DNA of 64,000 bases from Kudoa neothunni (GCA_964304625.1 OZ199838.1:10741407-10805406); one strand, 5' to 3'; shown: positions 49,312 through 64,000, counted from the first letter of the stretch. Notes: generated by a model not told the origin, from the letters alone. Numbers and translations are program-made.

Positions 49312-50336
49312 ATGATAAGTGGATCATCAATTATATGGAGTTTCTTACTGTTGGTGGCTTTGTTGATGAGTTTGGGATTTGCTATAAAACCTCAATCGGT
49401 GTTCTTAAGATTTTCATTATTGCACGGAGGACGAGTTGATATCAATATCTATAGAACATTCAATAAATTGTACATATCCAACAGGTGATATTGTTTTGCG
49501 GTGTTTTTATGAACTGATTTTTGTACATGGCACCACTGCGCTGATATTTTTTAAAAATGTTTACTTAGCAAACTCATTTATGTCTTTAATACTAACTGAT
49601 ACTTTAGATTATTCACACTGTTCTATGTGGTTGGCTGTGCCAATATGATTTTAACGATATATTCGTTATTTGTATTGCGAGATAATCCCCATTTGTACCA
49701 AATGTTGCCCTATCATGTCCCAAGTCGTCCAAACGCTACCATATATTTGGTTGTGAGCTATCTGTTGTTAATCCATATACTTATACGATTGTATGAGTGT
49801 TTATTTGTCACCAAATTTGGTTCTTACATAACAATGACCCATTTTATTTGGGGATTGTTCTATTACACTGCTGTGCCATTGACTTTATTCACTATATGCC
49901 CAAGGGTTACTAGGGAATTAAGCGGTATACACATATTTATGCCATAACAATATGATAATAATTTTCTATCATTTTATTGTTGATAGTGTTGAATTATTTG
50001 AATTCACATCAATGCGTTTGGATCGTGCATTTCCTATTCTGTTGTTTGCTGCAGAACCAACTTCATCGAATACTTGCCAACTCGAAAAATATTGATGGAA
50101 GTTATAGCCAAATAAAAATTGGATTGTTTCGTTTTGTATCGTGCCCTCATTATCTGATGGAATCTGGATGTTATTTTTGTTTGGCAATGATAATTGGCAA
50201 TTCCTTGGAGTTATGGTTGATATTTTTCACAACAACACTCTTTCTGCTGATTTCAGCTCGTTCCACCCACCGATTACACGTTTACCAATACAAAGAAAAT
50301 TACCCCAAATGGGCTATGATTCCATTTATATTCTAG
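49312..50336 (+). CDS. SRD5A3: Polyprenol reductase / steroid 5-alpha-reductase 3 (3 exons)
   Basis: Multi-TM protein with FTLFY, RLYECLFV, GLFYY, HRILAN, GLFRFVSCPHYLME, THRLH and AMIPFIF*. Introns at 49485-49607 and 49925-49986. Confidence 0.85.
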
Positions 50337-50431
50337 CGCATACAAACCAAAAATCAATTCAAACAACAATTCTTTGTTTATGTAGATAACAAATTATTTT
50401 CTAATCTTTATTGAATTGTGGTTTCACTCGA

Positions 50432-53400
50432 TCAATGCACATGTAGGTTGTTAAATATTTCCATTAATGACACTCCACAAATCATACCAGCCAATTCTAT
50501 TATCAATTTCAGTAGATTTGGATTAGGTTCGTTGAGCATTCCAGGTACAACACAAACACAACTAATATAAATAAATCCACCCGCTATAAACGGTAGGACC
50601 CATTGAGGGTATTCATTATGAATGCCAAACTGTGAAAGGTACAATCCCAAATAGGTTCCGATTATTGCACCAGTAGCAGTTATAAGTTGAATAAAAGCTG
50701 CCTAAACAAAATAATACTTTATGCGTATTTTTAGATAAGCGTATTATATAAAAATTTATTAAAGATCGATTGAAACTTCATTTTAATTAAAAGTAATTAA
50801 GGTCTTTTGAGCCAACCTTATTATCTAATAATAAATAAATTAATAATAATGGGATTCGTAATGCAGTAGCTGAGACTAGTCTATGAGTATAAGTTCAAGA
50901 GATTAGAAATGGCGCGAATACTCGCATGTAAGTAATATCTACATTTAAGTGGTAATTAAATCGAATCGTCAAATCACTTTCTTGATGCCATTTATTCTCA
51001 ATTTTTTTCATCGATAAATGAGTCACTATTTATGATATAAATGCTATCAAATTAATTTCACATATTAGGTGTTATTTGAAAAGATCATAATAGAATGAAC
51101 GTTTAAAAATCTAAGTTATTGTTTTTTACATCCAATTTAATAAACACATCATTTTAAATCTTTATTTTGTGCCCACAAATAAAATTTAACAAAGTCTTAT
51201 TCAGTTAATATTAATAGATAAAGTGGACAAAATATATTATCCTAATCGCCAGGTAAAATAAAATAAATTATAAACGATAAAAAATCAACCATTTCAAGGA
51301 CGAAATGGAGAAGGTATGGAATCCTATTTTGAGTAATTTTTACACTCTAAAAAATAAAGACAAGAACAACCTGTTAATTATGTGCAATCTCAATATCAAT
51401 ATATAAAGTTTTCATAATACTTTTTGAGAATTCCATAAAGTGAAGCTTTATGAAAGATTGAATTCGTGTATACAAATAGAGAAAATATTAAAAATTATCG
51501 TAATTGGTGATAATTTATGAGTGAATATGAAAGCTTTGTTTTAACCTCGCTCAGTTTTATTACCATTGGCAATATAATAATAATGAGATAAGATTAACTA
51601 TTTCCTGTTATTTATTATTGTTTTAAATAAATTGATGACTTATAACTTGGCCTTAAATTAAAAAACAACAATTTGAGACATTTAAAATAATTTTTTGGAA
51701 TATTCTTATTACAAAATTTTCCCAGTGTATAATTATATATTTTAATAACAACCTGCGAACAATAAAAGAATGTTTGGCACCTATTTCTTCTAACGTGATT
51801 ACGGTTAAAAAGATTAAATAGGAATGCTAATGTTGTTTTTTGGTATTCTTCCAAAATTTAAAAAAAATTTTTTAGATTTTATTTTAATGTATTTTTAAGA
51901 TGGGAATATAATAATTTCGCGAGTGTTTCAAAAAATATAACGTAGGCCAATGGTTTTGAACCTTTTTGACATGACGGGTCCCCAAATATATTAATGAAAT
52001 TGTAAACAAATAAAATAGAAGGCTAATATATAAACGTATAAACTTCATGTATTTATTAAAAAAAAATATATATAATTCCTGAAATTTATTCGACATCACC
52101 AAGGACTTAGAAAACATGCGTTTGTAAATAGATACCTACTATTATTCGCTATATTTTTTCGATGCTGCGGATCCTCTAGGTGACCTTTGCGAATCACCCG
52201 TTGAAAACCACTGATCTAGGCTATGATTTTAGTGAATCAGCAAGGAAAAAATAGGATAAATATCGGGAATTCATATTTTATTTGTGTTGAGTTTAAATAT
52301 TTTAAACTGTTAAGATATCAGCTGTTATTCTCGTAAAAAATTGAACTCAGAAATTAGATAAATATCAAACTCTAAAAGAAAAGATAAAATACATGGCATT
52401 CGCGCGCGCTCGCGTCAGCGTCTTAGTGAAATTATTTTGAGAATCCTACAATATTTTTATCATAAAATAAGTCTTTACTAAGCATGAAAATTCGTTAAAA
52501 GGCATAAATAGATTTGATTACCAAATACAAGTGAATTTCATTCATTGTTGTAGTTAATATCGTAAAAACACACGAAGGGCGCCAAAACTTTAGTTAAATA
52601 AATGAATAAAAACCAATCACACAAATGAAACTAAGTAAAAAAACACCACTATCTTACCATGTAAACGCACTACCGCAATCAACATTTTGAATGCCAAATT
52701 TTAACTTATTGCACATTGGTGTATAAAAGTTAAAAAAATATTTCCAGGATAAACATAAAAGATGAAATCTCTGAAAAATTAGGTTATAAGTTGAAACAAT
52801 AATCAAGAAAACAAATGGAAATATTTATACGTATCTTACATCTTAATTATATATTTCGAAATAATTAAGGAGCTATATGCACTAAAATGACACATGTATG
52901 GTTTAACGCTAAATATTTCATCGCGCACAGTAGAATAATTTGGTTAATTAATAAAAAAGATTGTTGGTTCATCCTGAGTAAAGTTTGAGATATATAATTA
53001 GATAACTAAAAGAGGAAATAATTAATTTCAACCAATGTAATTTTCGCAAACACAAATTAACAAAATAAGATACTTTATGTTAAAGGAAGTGATATTTAGA
53101 ATTGATAAAATTTATTTATTCCAACTCACGTTCCATTTAAATACAATATTCCTATTAGAGCAATTATCTCATAATGTCAAAAAAATGATTTTTCATAAAA
53201 AATATTTTTTGTAGGAATTAATAATTTAATAGAATTATAATATGAATAATACTTAATCTTTATCATTTCTATTAAGTTCTAATATTTAAATTTACAAAAA
53301 TAATGTTTTTAATTATGCAATGAACCAATAAATAATTAAAATCTAACTGAATTTTCTATAAATTATTACATACCTTTGGTACGAAAAAAGAGGGAATATT

Positions 53401-54846
53401 TTTCTTCCATCGATAACAATTTATTGTTAAATATAAAAATTATATTGTGACAGAGAAAATTGAATCATTTGCCTATAGTTTTGAGTATGTTTAATTATTT
53501 CTAGCCCGTCATTATATTTGTAGAGTCTAATAATAATTAACTATAGCAGTTTTAAAAATATATTTTCATGCACACACGGCCACACACTCATTATTAAATT
53601 TTTGCGGATTAATAGAAATAGCCTAATATATGTACTAGGATCTTAAGGTAGAACTATGTTAATTATTTACTTATCCGAAATTTTATGTCACTTATTCTTA
53701 GATAAGTGGAATAAATGATATCTTAATTTTAGTTATTTAATTTAATTGAATAATTAAATTTCGAATCCTGTATAGCGCTCATATTTTACGCAATAGACTT
53801 AATTTAAAAATAAATTTGGAAAAATAAAAACTCATCCAATTGAGTGACATAAATTCAATCACAATAGACGATACCTTCCATTTGGAATAGCCAACTTTGA
53901 TCAAGATGGCAAAATCGCTGATTTCGTGAGGAATTTCGTGGATTAGCACTCCGACCGTAGTTGCAAGGCCAAGTCGAAAATTCTGTTGATATGCAGCACT
54001 AATTGCCATTCCATCAAGAAAGTTATGACTGAAATCCGTCATAAAGTTAAGAAATGCAGCAGTACTCAACGCTGGGTTGTTGTTTGAATGTTGAGATGTG
54101 TTTTTGGATTTTTTTTTCTTTGGTACAGATTCGGGCGCTGTCTCATTTGAATCAATGGAAGCTTTACAATATATTACACATCATCATTGTTAACTGTTTA
54201 AAATCAATATACAAGATTTGGAAGGAGTGATTTTTGTGGGAGGTGAGGATTTGTTTTTGCCTTTTTTTGTCGGGGTTCCTTGTTCTATGGGTTTGTGAGG
54301 ATGGGGCTCGGTATCTTTTTTCTTCAATAAACCAATGGCATTTTGATGCATTCTGTGTTTGATGATGTGAATCAAACTCTCAATAACGTAAAATATCAGC
54401 ATGCCACCCAATAAAGGATAGCTGATATCTACAAATTTTGTGGACAACTCGTCGTGGTGATGTTCACTGTGAGTTGATTCGATTGCGTGGGGTATCAGAT
54501 GAAGTAGAGTGTCACCTAAAAGACTTCCCACAGCGAATCCCAGCAAGAATCGCATTAATTTGCTGCCTGTGTGACAACTGCTTTTTGGAACTAGTCCAAG
54601 CAGTAAAAATGGAATTAAACTAATTATTGCAGTTGATAGAAGTGATTGAGTAGATGTTTTATTTAAAAATTCAATTTTTTCCAAATTTAGATCAATTTTC
54701 AAATATTTCTTTGTAAGATGTCTCCATTCAGCGACCAAACTATCGATATAAGGATGTTTGGAATCATGCACATCATGCTTCATCCAAACGGTTCCCATCC
54801 AGCAAGCCAAACCACTTACCAGTATCACAAATAAGCTGTGTTTCAT
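50432..54846 (-). CDS. SLC39A7: ZIP family zinc transporter, ZIP7/KE4/Catsup-like (3 coding exons)
   Basis: Motifs FAVGSLLGDTLLHLIPHA, HNFLDG, HEIPHE and LPFIAGGFIYI; 3.2-kb last intron at 50702-53874. HNFxDG favours ZIP7 over ZIP13. Confidence 0.85.
51948..52213. mobile_element. hAT MITE in the SLC39A7 intron
   Basis: TIRs CAATGGTTTTGAAC and GTTGAAAACCACTG; TSD ACGTAGGC/ATCTAGGC. Confidence 0.7.
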
Positions 54847-55137
54847 TATTCGTTGCTTTAATTCAATTAAAATTATAATTATAAAATTTCTAATCACCTT
54901 ATATCACCAAAAAGTTACTATGGTGAAAATAACGAAGTGTTAACCCTACGAATAGATGATGCTGACTAATGCGCCGACACCTTGAAGTCCCAATGGTCAG
55001 TGGTCAGTGCGTGGGCTTGGGCTTGGGGTGCGTTAATGAAACCATTAACATGGTGGATAATTATGGGATTAATTTTCGCGCCATAAAAACACAACTATGA
55101 AATTTAAAAATTTGACACCAGTCTATCATACTAAAAA

Positions 55138-58100
55138 TTATTCGTTTGTTTTCCAAAGATGAAGTGCCAAAAGATCGCTCCTTAATTTTTCTAGTTGTGA
55201 CTCTTGGTTGATGGTTTCTATATATATTGAAAAAAGTTAATTCGACCACAGTAGTCAATCTGTTTAAACATACCATAGTTGGATGTGAAACCTACAGGCA
55301 GCATATACATGTTGAGTTTGCCTTGGACAGAGAGTTGCAGGATGTTGTTTGCGGCTCGATAAACATCAGGCCTACCAGATTTGGCGGTCATAAATCCCCG
55401 TTTATAAGCCCAAGCTAAATGAAACTCAAATTAAACGATGGAAACTCTATCATTAATTAATATTTTGCCAAATAAACATTTTATAGTCAATTTTAGGCTG
55501 AAATCCGATTCATTTGTTACATACAAGTGCAAATATCCCAAGCGGACCATTCATGTTTACAATGGTAACCAGGAGTTGTGGTAAAAATTTTGGGAGTTTT
55601 TAGAGAATGATTATCACTGGAAGATCCCTCTTCAAGCGATTCATCTTCTATGTCATTAGGATGCTTGAGTTGAAGAAGCTTCGGTAGGTTTGCCCTTACG
55701 GCGAGATAGCCCACAGCAGTGTACGGTTCCTGTACTTGAGCAATCGGGTATACTCCGGCCAAAATCTAGATCAACGTCATTTAGTTAAAAACTTTATGGA
55801 TAAAATTTTTTTCAATTGTACATCATATTTACATGTAAATTAGATTACAAAGATAAAAAAATTCAAAACAAACTCCAGTTGATTCTCGGGAATAAAAAAT
55901 GCCAAATATTAATTTAACTAATATATTTATTCAGGTACCAATTAAGTCAAAATTTTTATTCGTTATTTGACTGTTGTAAATTTAAGATAAATAAATCAGA
56001 GCAGGGTTTTTAAATTGTCTTTTAATTTATCCCCTCGGTCTGGTGAAAAATCCATATTTACTCATTTAACTTATATGTTAAATTCATGTTTACTTTATGG
56101 TTGTATGTTGATTAAGCTAAAACAGAGGCTATTTGCACGATAAATTCTAATCCTCAAAGGCATATACACCTACATAATCACCATATTTATTCATCAACTC
56201 TTACTCAAAAGATATTTACCGATTTATTTTTGTAGATTTTTCAAAATTAAATTATTTTTTACTTATTCATTGCGCTTAAGAACCAGAAATAAATAAAAAT
56301 CGTCAAATCTAATAACACCCAAATATCATTTATTATGCGAATAACCACTTTAAATATTATTATTATTATTTGGCTGCATCATTAAGAGATAAAAGAGGTA
56401 TACAAGAAAGAGACTGATAATAGTTTTATAGATACTTACTTCCAAAGACATTTTAAGCATTTCTGTCGACTTCTTATTGAGTTTAATAGCCCCGAATAAT
56501 ATAATTCCGTAGAAATCCTAGAGTATGTCCCAATCCCTATTATGCAAAAATTGCCCCTATCTAATTTTGATGCCACTTAATTTACCCCTTGCCATTTAAA
56601 ATTTAACGCCGGCTGAGAATCCCTGAATTAGAGTGTTACATTTGTTAGCATCTAAAAATAGTCCAATATCACATACATGGTTCCCGTGATATCACATTTG
56701 TGTCAATCAGTCCAATTTGTAGATGAAATACAATATTTTTTTAAATTATTTGAGAATACGTTCCTTTAGGTTAGGAGTTTCCATTAAAAAAGATAGATTA
56801 AAGAATGTTGAGTTGTGATGAAAAAACTAGGATTTAAGATATCAAATTTATACATAAGTAATCTAAAAAACGACACAAAGTAAAAAATTATACATATTAA
56901 ATTTAATATAAAAAATATATTTTTCAATACGTAATTTCGGCGAAAATTATTATATGAGTATTTATATTATGGATAATGCGATTATGCAGTCTAACTTTTT
57001 GACCTTTTTTAAATTATCTTATTATAACATTGGAGTGGGTTCTTAGACTTCAATAGATCAACAAAACGTTTCAAGCAGATCATTATAATTAAATAATTAA
57101 AGTTTGGCCATCAGAAAAAATCTAACGCAATCTAAGATATATGGGAAAGATTTTTTATTATAATCCGCACCGTGGATCGTTAAAATAAAAATTCGAAGTT
57201 TATTCCTTGAAAACTCTTATTACTAATTTTTTTCATCATAAATTAAAAGCGCTACTATATTTAATTAGAAGAATTTATGATTTGATGAATATTAACTCTC
57301 TCGTAATCTGAGTCAGTGTTTCCCCAACCTGGGGGCCGCGCACTAATTTCTGAGAGTCCTAATTAGATTTAGCCCTTAACAAATTTCACCCATAAAAATA
57401 AGTCTTTTTTCAATTCATAAAAATAATAAAAGTCGCCTTTAAAAATATAATTCTGGAAAAATATAAAACATAAATGATTTATATACCTATGAGTTCGTAT
57501 TCTTTTAGCTAAGTTGGTGGGTTTCCGTGAACCAAAAAGGTTGGGACACATTGACCTAAGGGACTTTATTCATATTTCCGTAAACTAAGTGATGTAAAAA
57601 ATGTTGATGTATTAAATTATTAAACTAAATATTATAATAAAAATATACTTATGGGCATGATTAATTCAAGCGATTTTAGAAGTATTAAAAAAACTCCGAC
57701 TTCCGAAATTAATCAATGTTTATCTTTGAATTTGGAAAACCCAGAAATTATTAAATGTTATAAAAACTACACACACTAACCAGACCAATTATTTTAGTAA
57801 AAATGACGTTTCTAATTAACCTTAAGATAATTATCTGATTTTAAAATTACTAATAAATATATTAACCAAATTAAACGAAACCACACCTGAAAAGGCTTGT
57901 CAATCACAGAAGGGAACACAAGACCAGGACAGTCACACAAACAAACGTCTTTTGTGAGAAAAATTGTCTGGAAATACTTGGTATGACCAGGTGTACGTGA
58001 TATGCTCACAACTTTTCTCCCCATAAGCGCGTTTATCACCGAAGATTTTCCAACATTAGGAAAACCAACCATCCCGATAGTGATGTAATTGTGAGCACTC

Positions 58101-59612
58101 TCATACTCATCTAAATTCGTAATGGATTGCTGTTCCACAATAAGGTCGTCATTATCTTTGAAAAATTGATTTTTGTCATCAGCAATCTTCTTCCTCCAAC
58201 TACTCAAATCTACAACCCAATGCTCACAAATAAAAACACATTTTCCAACAAATACCATATTCAGGCCCCAGTATCTGTTGACAGCATTCCAATATTCCCA
58301 AACTCCCATAACTTGCATAACGTTTTTTGGAAAGCTTTTTTTTCTTCAAAACTTTAAGACAAAGTAGTTTATAAATAGTAAAACTAATGTTACCTTTCCC
58401 CTCTTCAACTTGATAGTTGATAGGATCCTTGGGATAGGAAGTGAACGCAGTGACTTTAAGATTTGGGTAGTGCTTCTCAAGATACATTTTCCAGCCAATC
58501 ACATTTTCAAGGGGTACTGAATCGATCTGTATTTCTTCATCAAATATCAACTATCTCAATGAATCACTTTATTTAGAATCAGAATCATCGGCTTATTCAG
58601 TTCCTCACACACATACACATATAACGGCAAACAAAAGTGTAATGCCTATATTCATCAAAATAAATTAACGTTTTTTTAAATGTGATAAGCCAAAAAATGT
58701 AATTTATGAGAAAAATTTTAATTAAATAAAACCATTCATAGGCTTCTGTTTTATCTCAATAATAATTCCAATCATGCACTTGTTTAAGATTATTTTACTG
58801 GATGACTAAAAAAATTACCACAAACCGAACATCAGCCACTATAGCAACTATATCTGACCGTTCTAGAACCCTCCAAAGTTGGCGCCATGTCTAATTACAA
58901 ACATAAGTGAAATAAATAAAAGGGGCGCCCACCTCAAGATTGTGCTCAAAATGACTTAACTTATCACCATATGCACCATTCTTTAATTTCATCAAACATT
59001 GATTGAATGAATATTGTTCCTTTCTTTCGAGTTCCTCCTTAGTCATATCATAGTTCCATTCAGGCCTTTTGATCACATCATACTCTACGGGAATCAACAT
59101 AAAATGACACCTCTAACTTTAAACATTAATATACCTTCAACCGAAGGGTAAATGTCGTTTATAGCTATCTCTTTATCTACCTATTGGTGGAGTTTACAGA
59201 TGCATTGATGATTTGATGAGCTCATTAGAAAATAAAAACCTCATTCAGATAAACTAAAGGCAGTTGTGCTAAATGTTTCCTAGTTTCGATTTCTGATCGC
59301 GATTCACGCTCAAACTGCAAATTGAATCTAACCATATCGCTGCAATATAATACGCATTCCAGTTTGAAATTAGTACCTATTCCTATTTTTCGACTTAATA
59401 TCTTCATTTATATCGGTTTTATTTAGTGGTTGCGCATTCATTGAAATTATATCGTGGTGAGTTGTTTGTGCGGCGGAAAGCGATGAGGAATCTGCTATTG
59501 TGAAGGATAAATCCGCCAAACACTCTCAAATACTTTTATGAGCTTCTCGATCACGTTTTTGCTGAAGCTGCTGTTTTTTCGCCTTCCCACTGAAAGGCTT
59601 CCTTCTAGCCAT
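55138..59612 (-). CDS. GNL1: Guanine nucleotide-binding protein-like 1 (circularly permuted YlqF/YawG GTPase), about 11 exons
   Basis: MARRKPFSGKAKKQQLQ, FEHNLETWRQLWRVLE, LNKID, GFPNVGKSS, SRTPGHTKYFQT, DCPGLVFP, AGVYPIAQVQEPY and DVYRAAN; canonical introns. Confidence 0.93.
56002..56625. mobile_element. hAT MITE in the GNL1 intron
   Basis: CAGGGTTTTTA...TGAGAATCCCTG; 8-bp TSD AATCAGAG/AATTAGAG. Confidence 0.7.
57314..57553. mobile_element. hAT MITE in the GNL1 intron
   Basis: TIRs CAGTGTTTCCCCAACCT and AGGTTGGGACACATTG; TSD poorly conserved. Confidence 0.6.
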
Positions 59613-62331
59613 TATTGAGAAGAAACCTTAATCCTCTTCTAAAGCATATGGATGCGCAACATTAAACTAACGTACAACTTCATAATACTTTCGCTCCTAA
59701 TTATTCATACAAAAAATACTAGCTGGATGTAATCATATTTTTTCAAATAACGAAAAAATATTTGTTGAAGCAAAATAGAAATATTTTAGCTAGAGTTGAC
59801 AATTATCTTTCATCTCAACCCTCCTTGTACAGCGCGGAAAAAAATCACGCGTGTTCTCATGGGGTTCGCCCGGATCCCGGAAAAAAACTATCTTAATGGT
59901 TTTTAATTTCTTTGTGTCATGTTTAAACATTTTTTCAATTATTTATAAGATGTTCTACATAGGGAATTTAATTGGTTCTGAAGCGTTAGTATGCTTCAGA
60001 ACAGAGTCCCATAATGCATCAATATCGGCTATTTACAAATAAGAAAGAATCTAACGTCACCAAAATTCAAATTAAACAAATTCCACCTGAAAAAGTAGTT
60101 TGGCACGTGAAAACCACTTCTAAATAAGAAATTGCAAATAAAAGTGATCCGAGCGCACAACAACGGCGTCAGCTTTTTCGTATGAAATCAGAAACAACAA
60201 ATTAACAATTTAACAGAATTTTTAAGGTATATATAAAAGGAAAAGTGCAAACTAACTATTGAAATTTGATTTATACATCTTTTCTTGTCAGACATAATTT
60301 GTTATTTGAAAACACTAGATTTATCGTGTTACTTCTGTTATGCGATCCTGAATTTTCACTTTATTTTTCTGTTTTGAACATTTTCCTTATAAATTTAATA
60401 ATATCAGAAGTATGGTTTTATAGTTACAAAGTTAAGTGAAACGACCGCAAATTCCACGATTTTTGAACTACATTCTTGATTCTCTCTAATAATCATTAAA
60501 ATTCAAAGTTGACCAGAGTAACTACTCCCATTTTTCTAGAGACAAGCTTAGAGTAACGAAAAGTACATCTGGAAATCAGATAAGTTATTTTTGGGTCAAG
60601 GGTCGGTAATCCGCGGTGAAGTTCTATAATATGCTAAGATCCATCATTTATTTAATTAAATGTTACGTATTAAATTTTTAAATCTATGATTGTAAGATTA
60701 TAATATATTTACTTGGTATATATGTGTTTTCCTTAAAAACGAAACATATTTTTGTCTGTAGAGACAAAAAATCATTAAAATTAGACGATAATAATTTTTT
60801 AAAATGTAATGTTTTTGCGCCGTTCGAAATGTTTTAAACTTCTAGAGGAATTCCGAAATTTATAGATGGCTAAGATTTGTCTACCCAAGTCTAGGCTCAA
60901 ATTAGTCGGATTTGGGGTGCACGCAGACCCCACTCCGAACAAGGATAATTAGGCGCATTAATTTTTTTAAAAAAATATTGAATTTTTATTTCATCCTTAA
61001 ATTAAAAAAATTTTATTACAAAAACTTTATTTGAGAATAATTAATTCGTCAAAAGTAATCTATAAAAATATTTTAACTGCCACAGTATTTTGGGTAATGA
61101 CGAGTTCTTAATCAAAGATATACAATGCTGGACTGCATAACAAATTTGAAAATCAAATGGAAAATTTTATTTAAAAAACAATTATAAAATTTTTAAACAA
61201 ATCTGAAATTTTGGACGGATGATTATTTTTTTAGTAATAAAATAAATATTTAATAGGTTTTTATCAGTCAAGGATATTGAAGTATATGACACTTTATAAA
61301 GTAACATTAAAATGTTAATTCGTTCATAAGAATACTTAGTTCATTCTAAGGATACATCGAATGTTGAAATGAATAAAAATGTATATGGAGGTAAATATTC
61401 ATTAGTGGTCCCTTCTAAAAGCGAACAACAAGTTAGTAATTTAGACAATGAGTATCAAAAGGATCAATTATTGGTTGAAATTACTATATCTCAAATTTGT
61501 AGAGGTTTGGAAACTCTTGGGGAAATCTCTATAAGTAATGATCCAGAAGGTCTGTCAGTATTCCCAACTTTTTTGGTTCAGGGACCCTCGACTAACCAAG
61601 TTAAATGAATACGTACCCATAAGTGTATTAACCACGTGTATTTATATTTATGATATTACTGATATAGAATTATGTTTTTAAATTCGGATTCTATTAAAGC
61701 TAGGAATTTACGAAAACCTAATTTTCTAAGAATAAAAACCTTCGTACGGACCACCCAAAACTAGTGGACGTACCCCAGGTTGGGAACACTGTCTTATAGT
61801 TTCAAAAACACCGTTCGGAATCCCTATCAACACTTGTTCTTTTGAGAAAACCTTTCATTTAATGTTTTATTTGTAATATCTTGCTTTGTTATCCAATTTT
61901 GGACCAGTCATAGACCAATAAACTATTCCATAGAAAAAGCAGAAAGATATTTGGTCTTTGATCTTTCAACAATTGATATCTTGAACTGAATAGAATAAAT
62001 AAATTTTCCATGCATACTTATAAAAAAAATTCATTTGAGCTAGATAGCTCAAATAATAATTGGTATAAACATAACGCGGCTGTAACTACTTAAAAAGGCT
62101 ACAATTAATGGATTTGGTTTTGTTATGTTTAGTTAGATGCGAGCTTAACAATGCATTAATATAGGCGCCACGTTTTATCTTGTTGTCGTTGGTGTTGATA
62201 TTTGCGTTACAACAGATTTGATGATTAAATATTGTATAGAAGACTTTTTAAATTAATAATACAATATTCATGGATTTTATTATGAAAAGGTTATATTTAC
62301 AGATTAAAAATTTCCTCCAAACATTAATTAA

Positions 62332-64000
62332 CCCTCTAACGGATTTGGGGTGTATTACACCTGAAACCACATTTAATGGGGGAATAACATTTTACGACCT
62401 TCTCATATCAAATCGAAATTTATGCTATTCTTCTATATTTATAAAACGTACAATATATCAAAAATCTGGATAAATTATAAGTTCTGGTCATGCCGGTCAA
62501 AAAATCCATCCTTTAACGGGCTTGGGGTGAAAAACACCCCACCTTTTTTTGTTAAATTTCCTCGAAAAATGGTTTTGAGTTGATTTATAAATTTTCAGAA
62601 AATTCCGTCGACGAATTTCGAAGAAAATCTGCAATTATTATATTACCTATTTCAATTTGGTGTCGATCGGTGCTCATTCGCAAATTTCCGTGGGCACAAT
62701 ATTAAGGTTTTCCTATCATGCAGATTAAGAAAAATCGATTTTTTCGGATATATCAAGTTGTATTAATTATCAGAAATATATTTTAGAATTATATTGTTGA
62801 TGAATGCTTCCTCTGAATTTTTATTTTTTTAATTATGAGCCAATTTGGGGTAAATGAACAGGCGCGATTATTTGAATCCGAAGATTTCATGTGTTGGGTT
62901 ATTCTGGTAGTTGAATTACAACGAGCACTTTTGATGAGTTTTTTGATGACATCCAATCGTCCGGCAGCGAAATAGATGATAATTTGTTCGAATTATCATG
63001 CAATTCTGATGAAATATCCGAGAATGAGGGTGCTGAAGATGATACAACCAGTAAAAGCGGAATCCACTGGACATTGAAAAAACCAACATCGCCAAGAACG
63101 TCGATTGAAAACATAATGGATTCTCACCCTGGCCCAACGACATATGCCTTACAAAGGATTCAAAATATTTTAGATTGTTTCGTTATTTTTGTTACAAATC
63201 ATATTCGTCAAAAAGTTAGAAAATATATTAATCTATTTAGAAAATCTCAATTTCGTGATTCTTTGATTGATTTAGACGAGACAGAATTCAAAGGATTTTT
63301 GGGGGTTCTAATATTGATGGCTATCCATAAAGATAGAGAAGAGCCTCTATTGAAACTTTTTAGTTTAACTGAAGGAAAAAAAATATATCGCAAACTCTTC
63401 TCTTATAATCGCTTTTGGCAAATATTGCTAAGTCTTCACTTTGATGATGTAACCACAAAAGCACAAAGGAGAGAACAAGACAAATTTTGCTCTATTCGCC
63501 ATTTATGGAGCATATGGGTGAAAATACTTCCAATGTGCTATTCACCTACTGAGGACGTCACTGTTGATGAGCAGTTGGTATCTTTTCAAGGACGATGTCT
63601 TTTTAGGCAATATATGCCGCTGAAACCGGCGAAATACGGATTGAAATTTTTTCTTCTTGAGGATCCGGTACACAGCTACGTTATAAATATTTCCCCATAT
63701 CTTGGAAGAAATAGAGACCAAGTTAACCGATCCTCCAGCGTTGGTGAATATATTGTGTTATCGCTGACGACTCCATTGTACCATACAGGCAGAACAATTG
63801 TGGCGGATAATTTCTTCTCATCTATCAAACTATTGAAGAAACGCTTAACATACTTAGGAACCGTACGGCAAAACAAAAGAGATCTTTCTTCATGTGTTCT
63901 TCCTCCTAAGATAGAGAATTACATAGTACTACCTTCGCATTTGAAAAAAAATATGTTGACATCCTGCGTAAACAAAAAGAACAAGTGTATAATTCTTTTG
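62332..64000 (+). mobile_element. piggyBac (PGBD4-like) element running off the window end
   Basis: TTAA-CCCTCTAACGG left end with a subterminal repeat near 62511. Frame is open from about 62915 (VTVDEQLVSFQGRC, KPAKYGLK, VADNFFSS, YLGTVRQNK). Confidence 0.9.

Noticed and set aside
54847-54897. N-terminal extension of SLC39A7 suggested by the ORF track
   Set aside because: It starts at a GTG that is the donor of a likely 42-nt 5' UTR intron; the first ATG is at 54846.
59790-61800. Short ORFs and isolated TIR-like ends upstream of GNL1
   Set aside because: These are probably TE debris; I could not pair termini or recognise a protein family.
1-64000. CRISPR arrays, rRNA or prokaryotic operons
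   Set aside because: No regularly spaced repeat-spacer array or rRNA-like sequence was seen, and spliceosomal introns show the window is eukaryotic.

Overview
Eukaryotic, AT-rich genomic DNA, apparently from a compact-gene animal. Most introns are about 37-63 nt and genes sit in tight head-to-head or tail-to-tail pairs. A reduced parasite such as a myxozoan is plausible, but the organism cannot be established from sequence alone. Two host-gene islands flank a ~33 kb transposon graveyard. The left island (1-12.9 kb) holds the 3' part of an unknown multi-exon gene, the divergent NDOR1/LIPT1 pair, and a 10-exon type I membrane protein with Cys-containing FN3-like modules. The right island (47.9-59.6 kb) holds a 2-Cys peroxiredoxin, SRD5A3, SLC39A7/ZIP7 and GNL1. 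The middle contains a multi-level nest of TEs (piggyBac, DD34E Tc1/IS630-like, a very compact Ty3/gypsy with 103-bp LTRs, a Ginger2-like integrase, copia, Buster hAT), plus pogo, MULE, hAT MITEs and a tRNA-headed SINE. The most notable observation is a decayed non-LTR retrotransposon of the restriction-like-endonuclease (RLE) class at 35075-41498 on the minus strand. It is bracketed by a 33-bp duplication of the 3' half of a tRNA with a CTG anticodon. An intact-looking tRNA-Gln sits at its 5' end, and the 5' end of an older, diverged sister copy lies directly behind its 3' end. This suggests a tRNA-Gln-targeting retrotransposon that regenerates its target and stacks in tandem. All exon models and family assignments were made by eye, without database searches.
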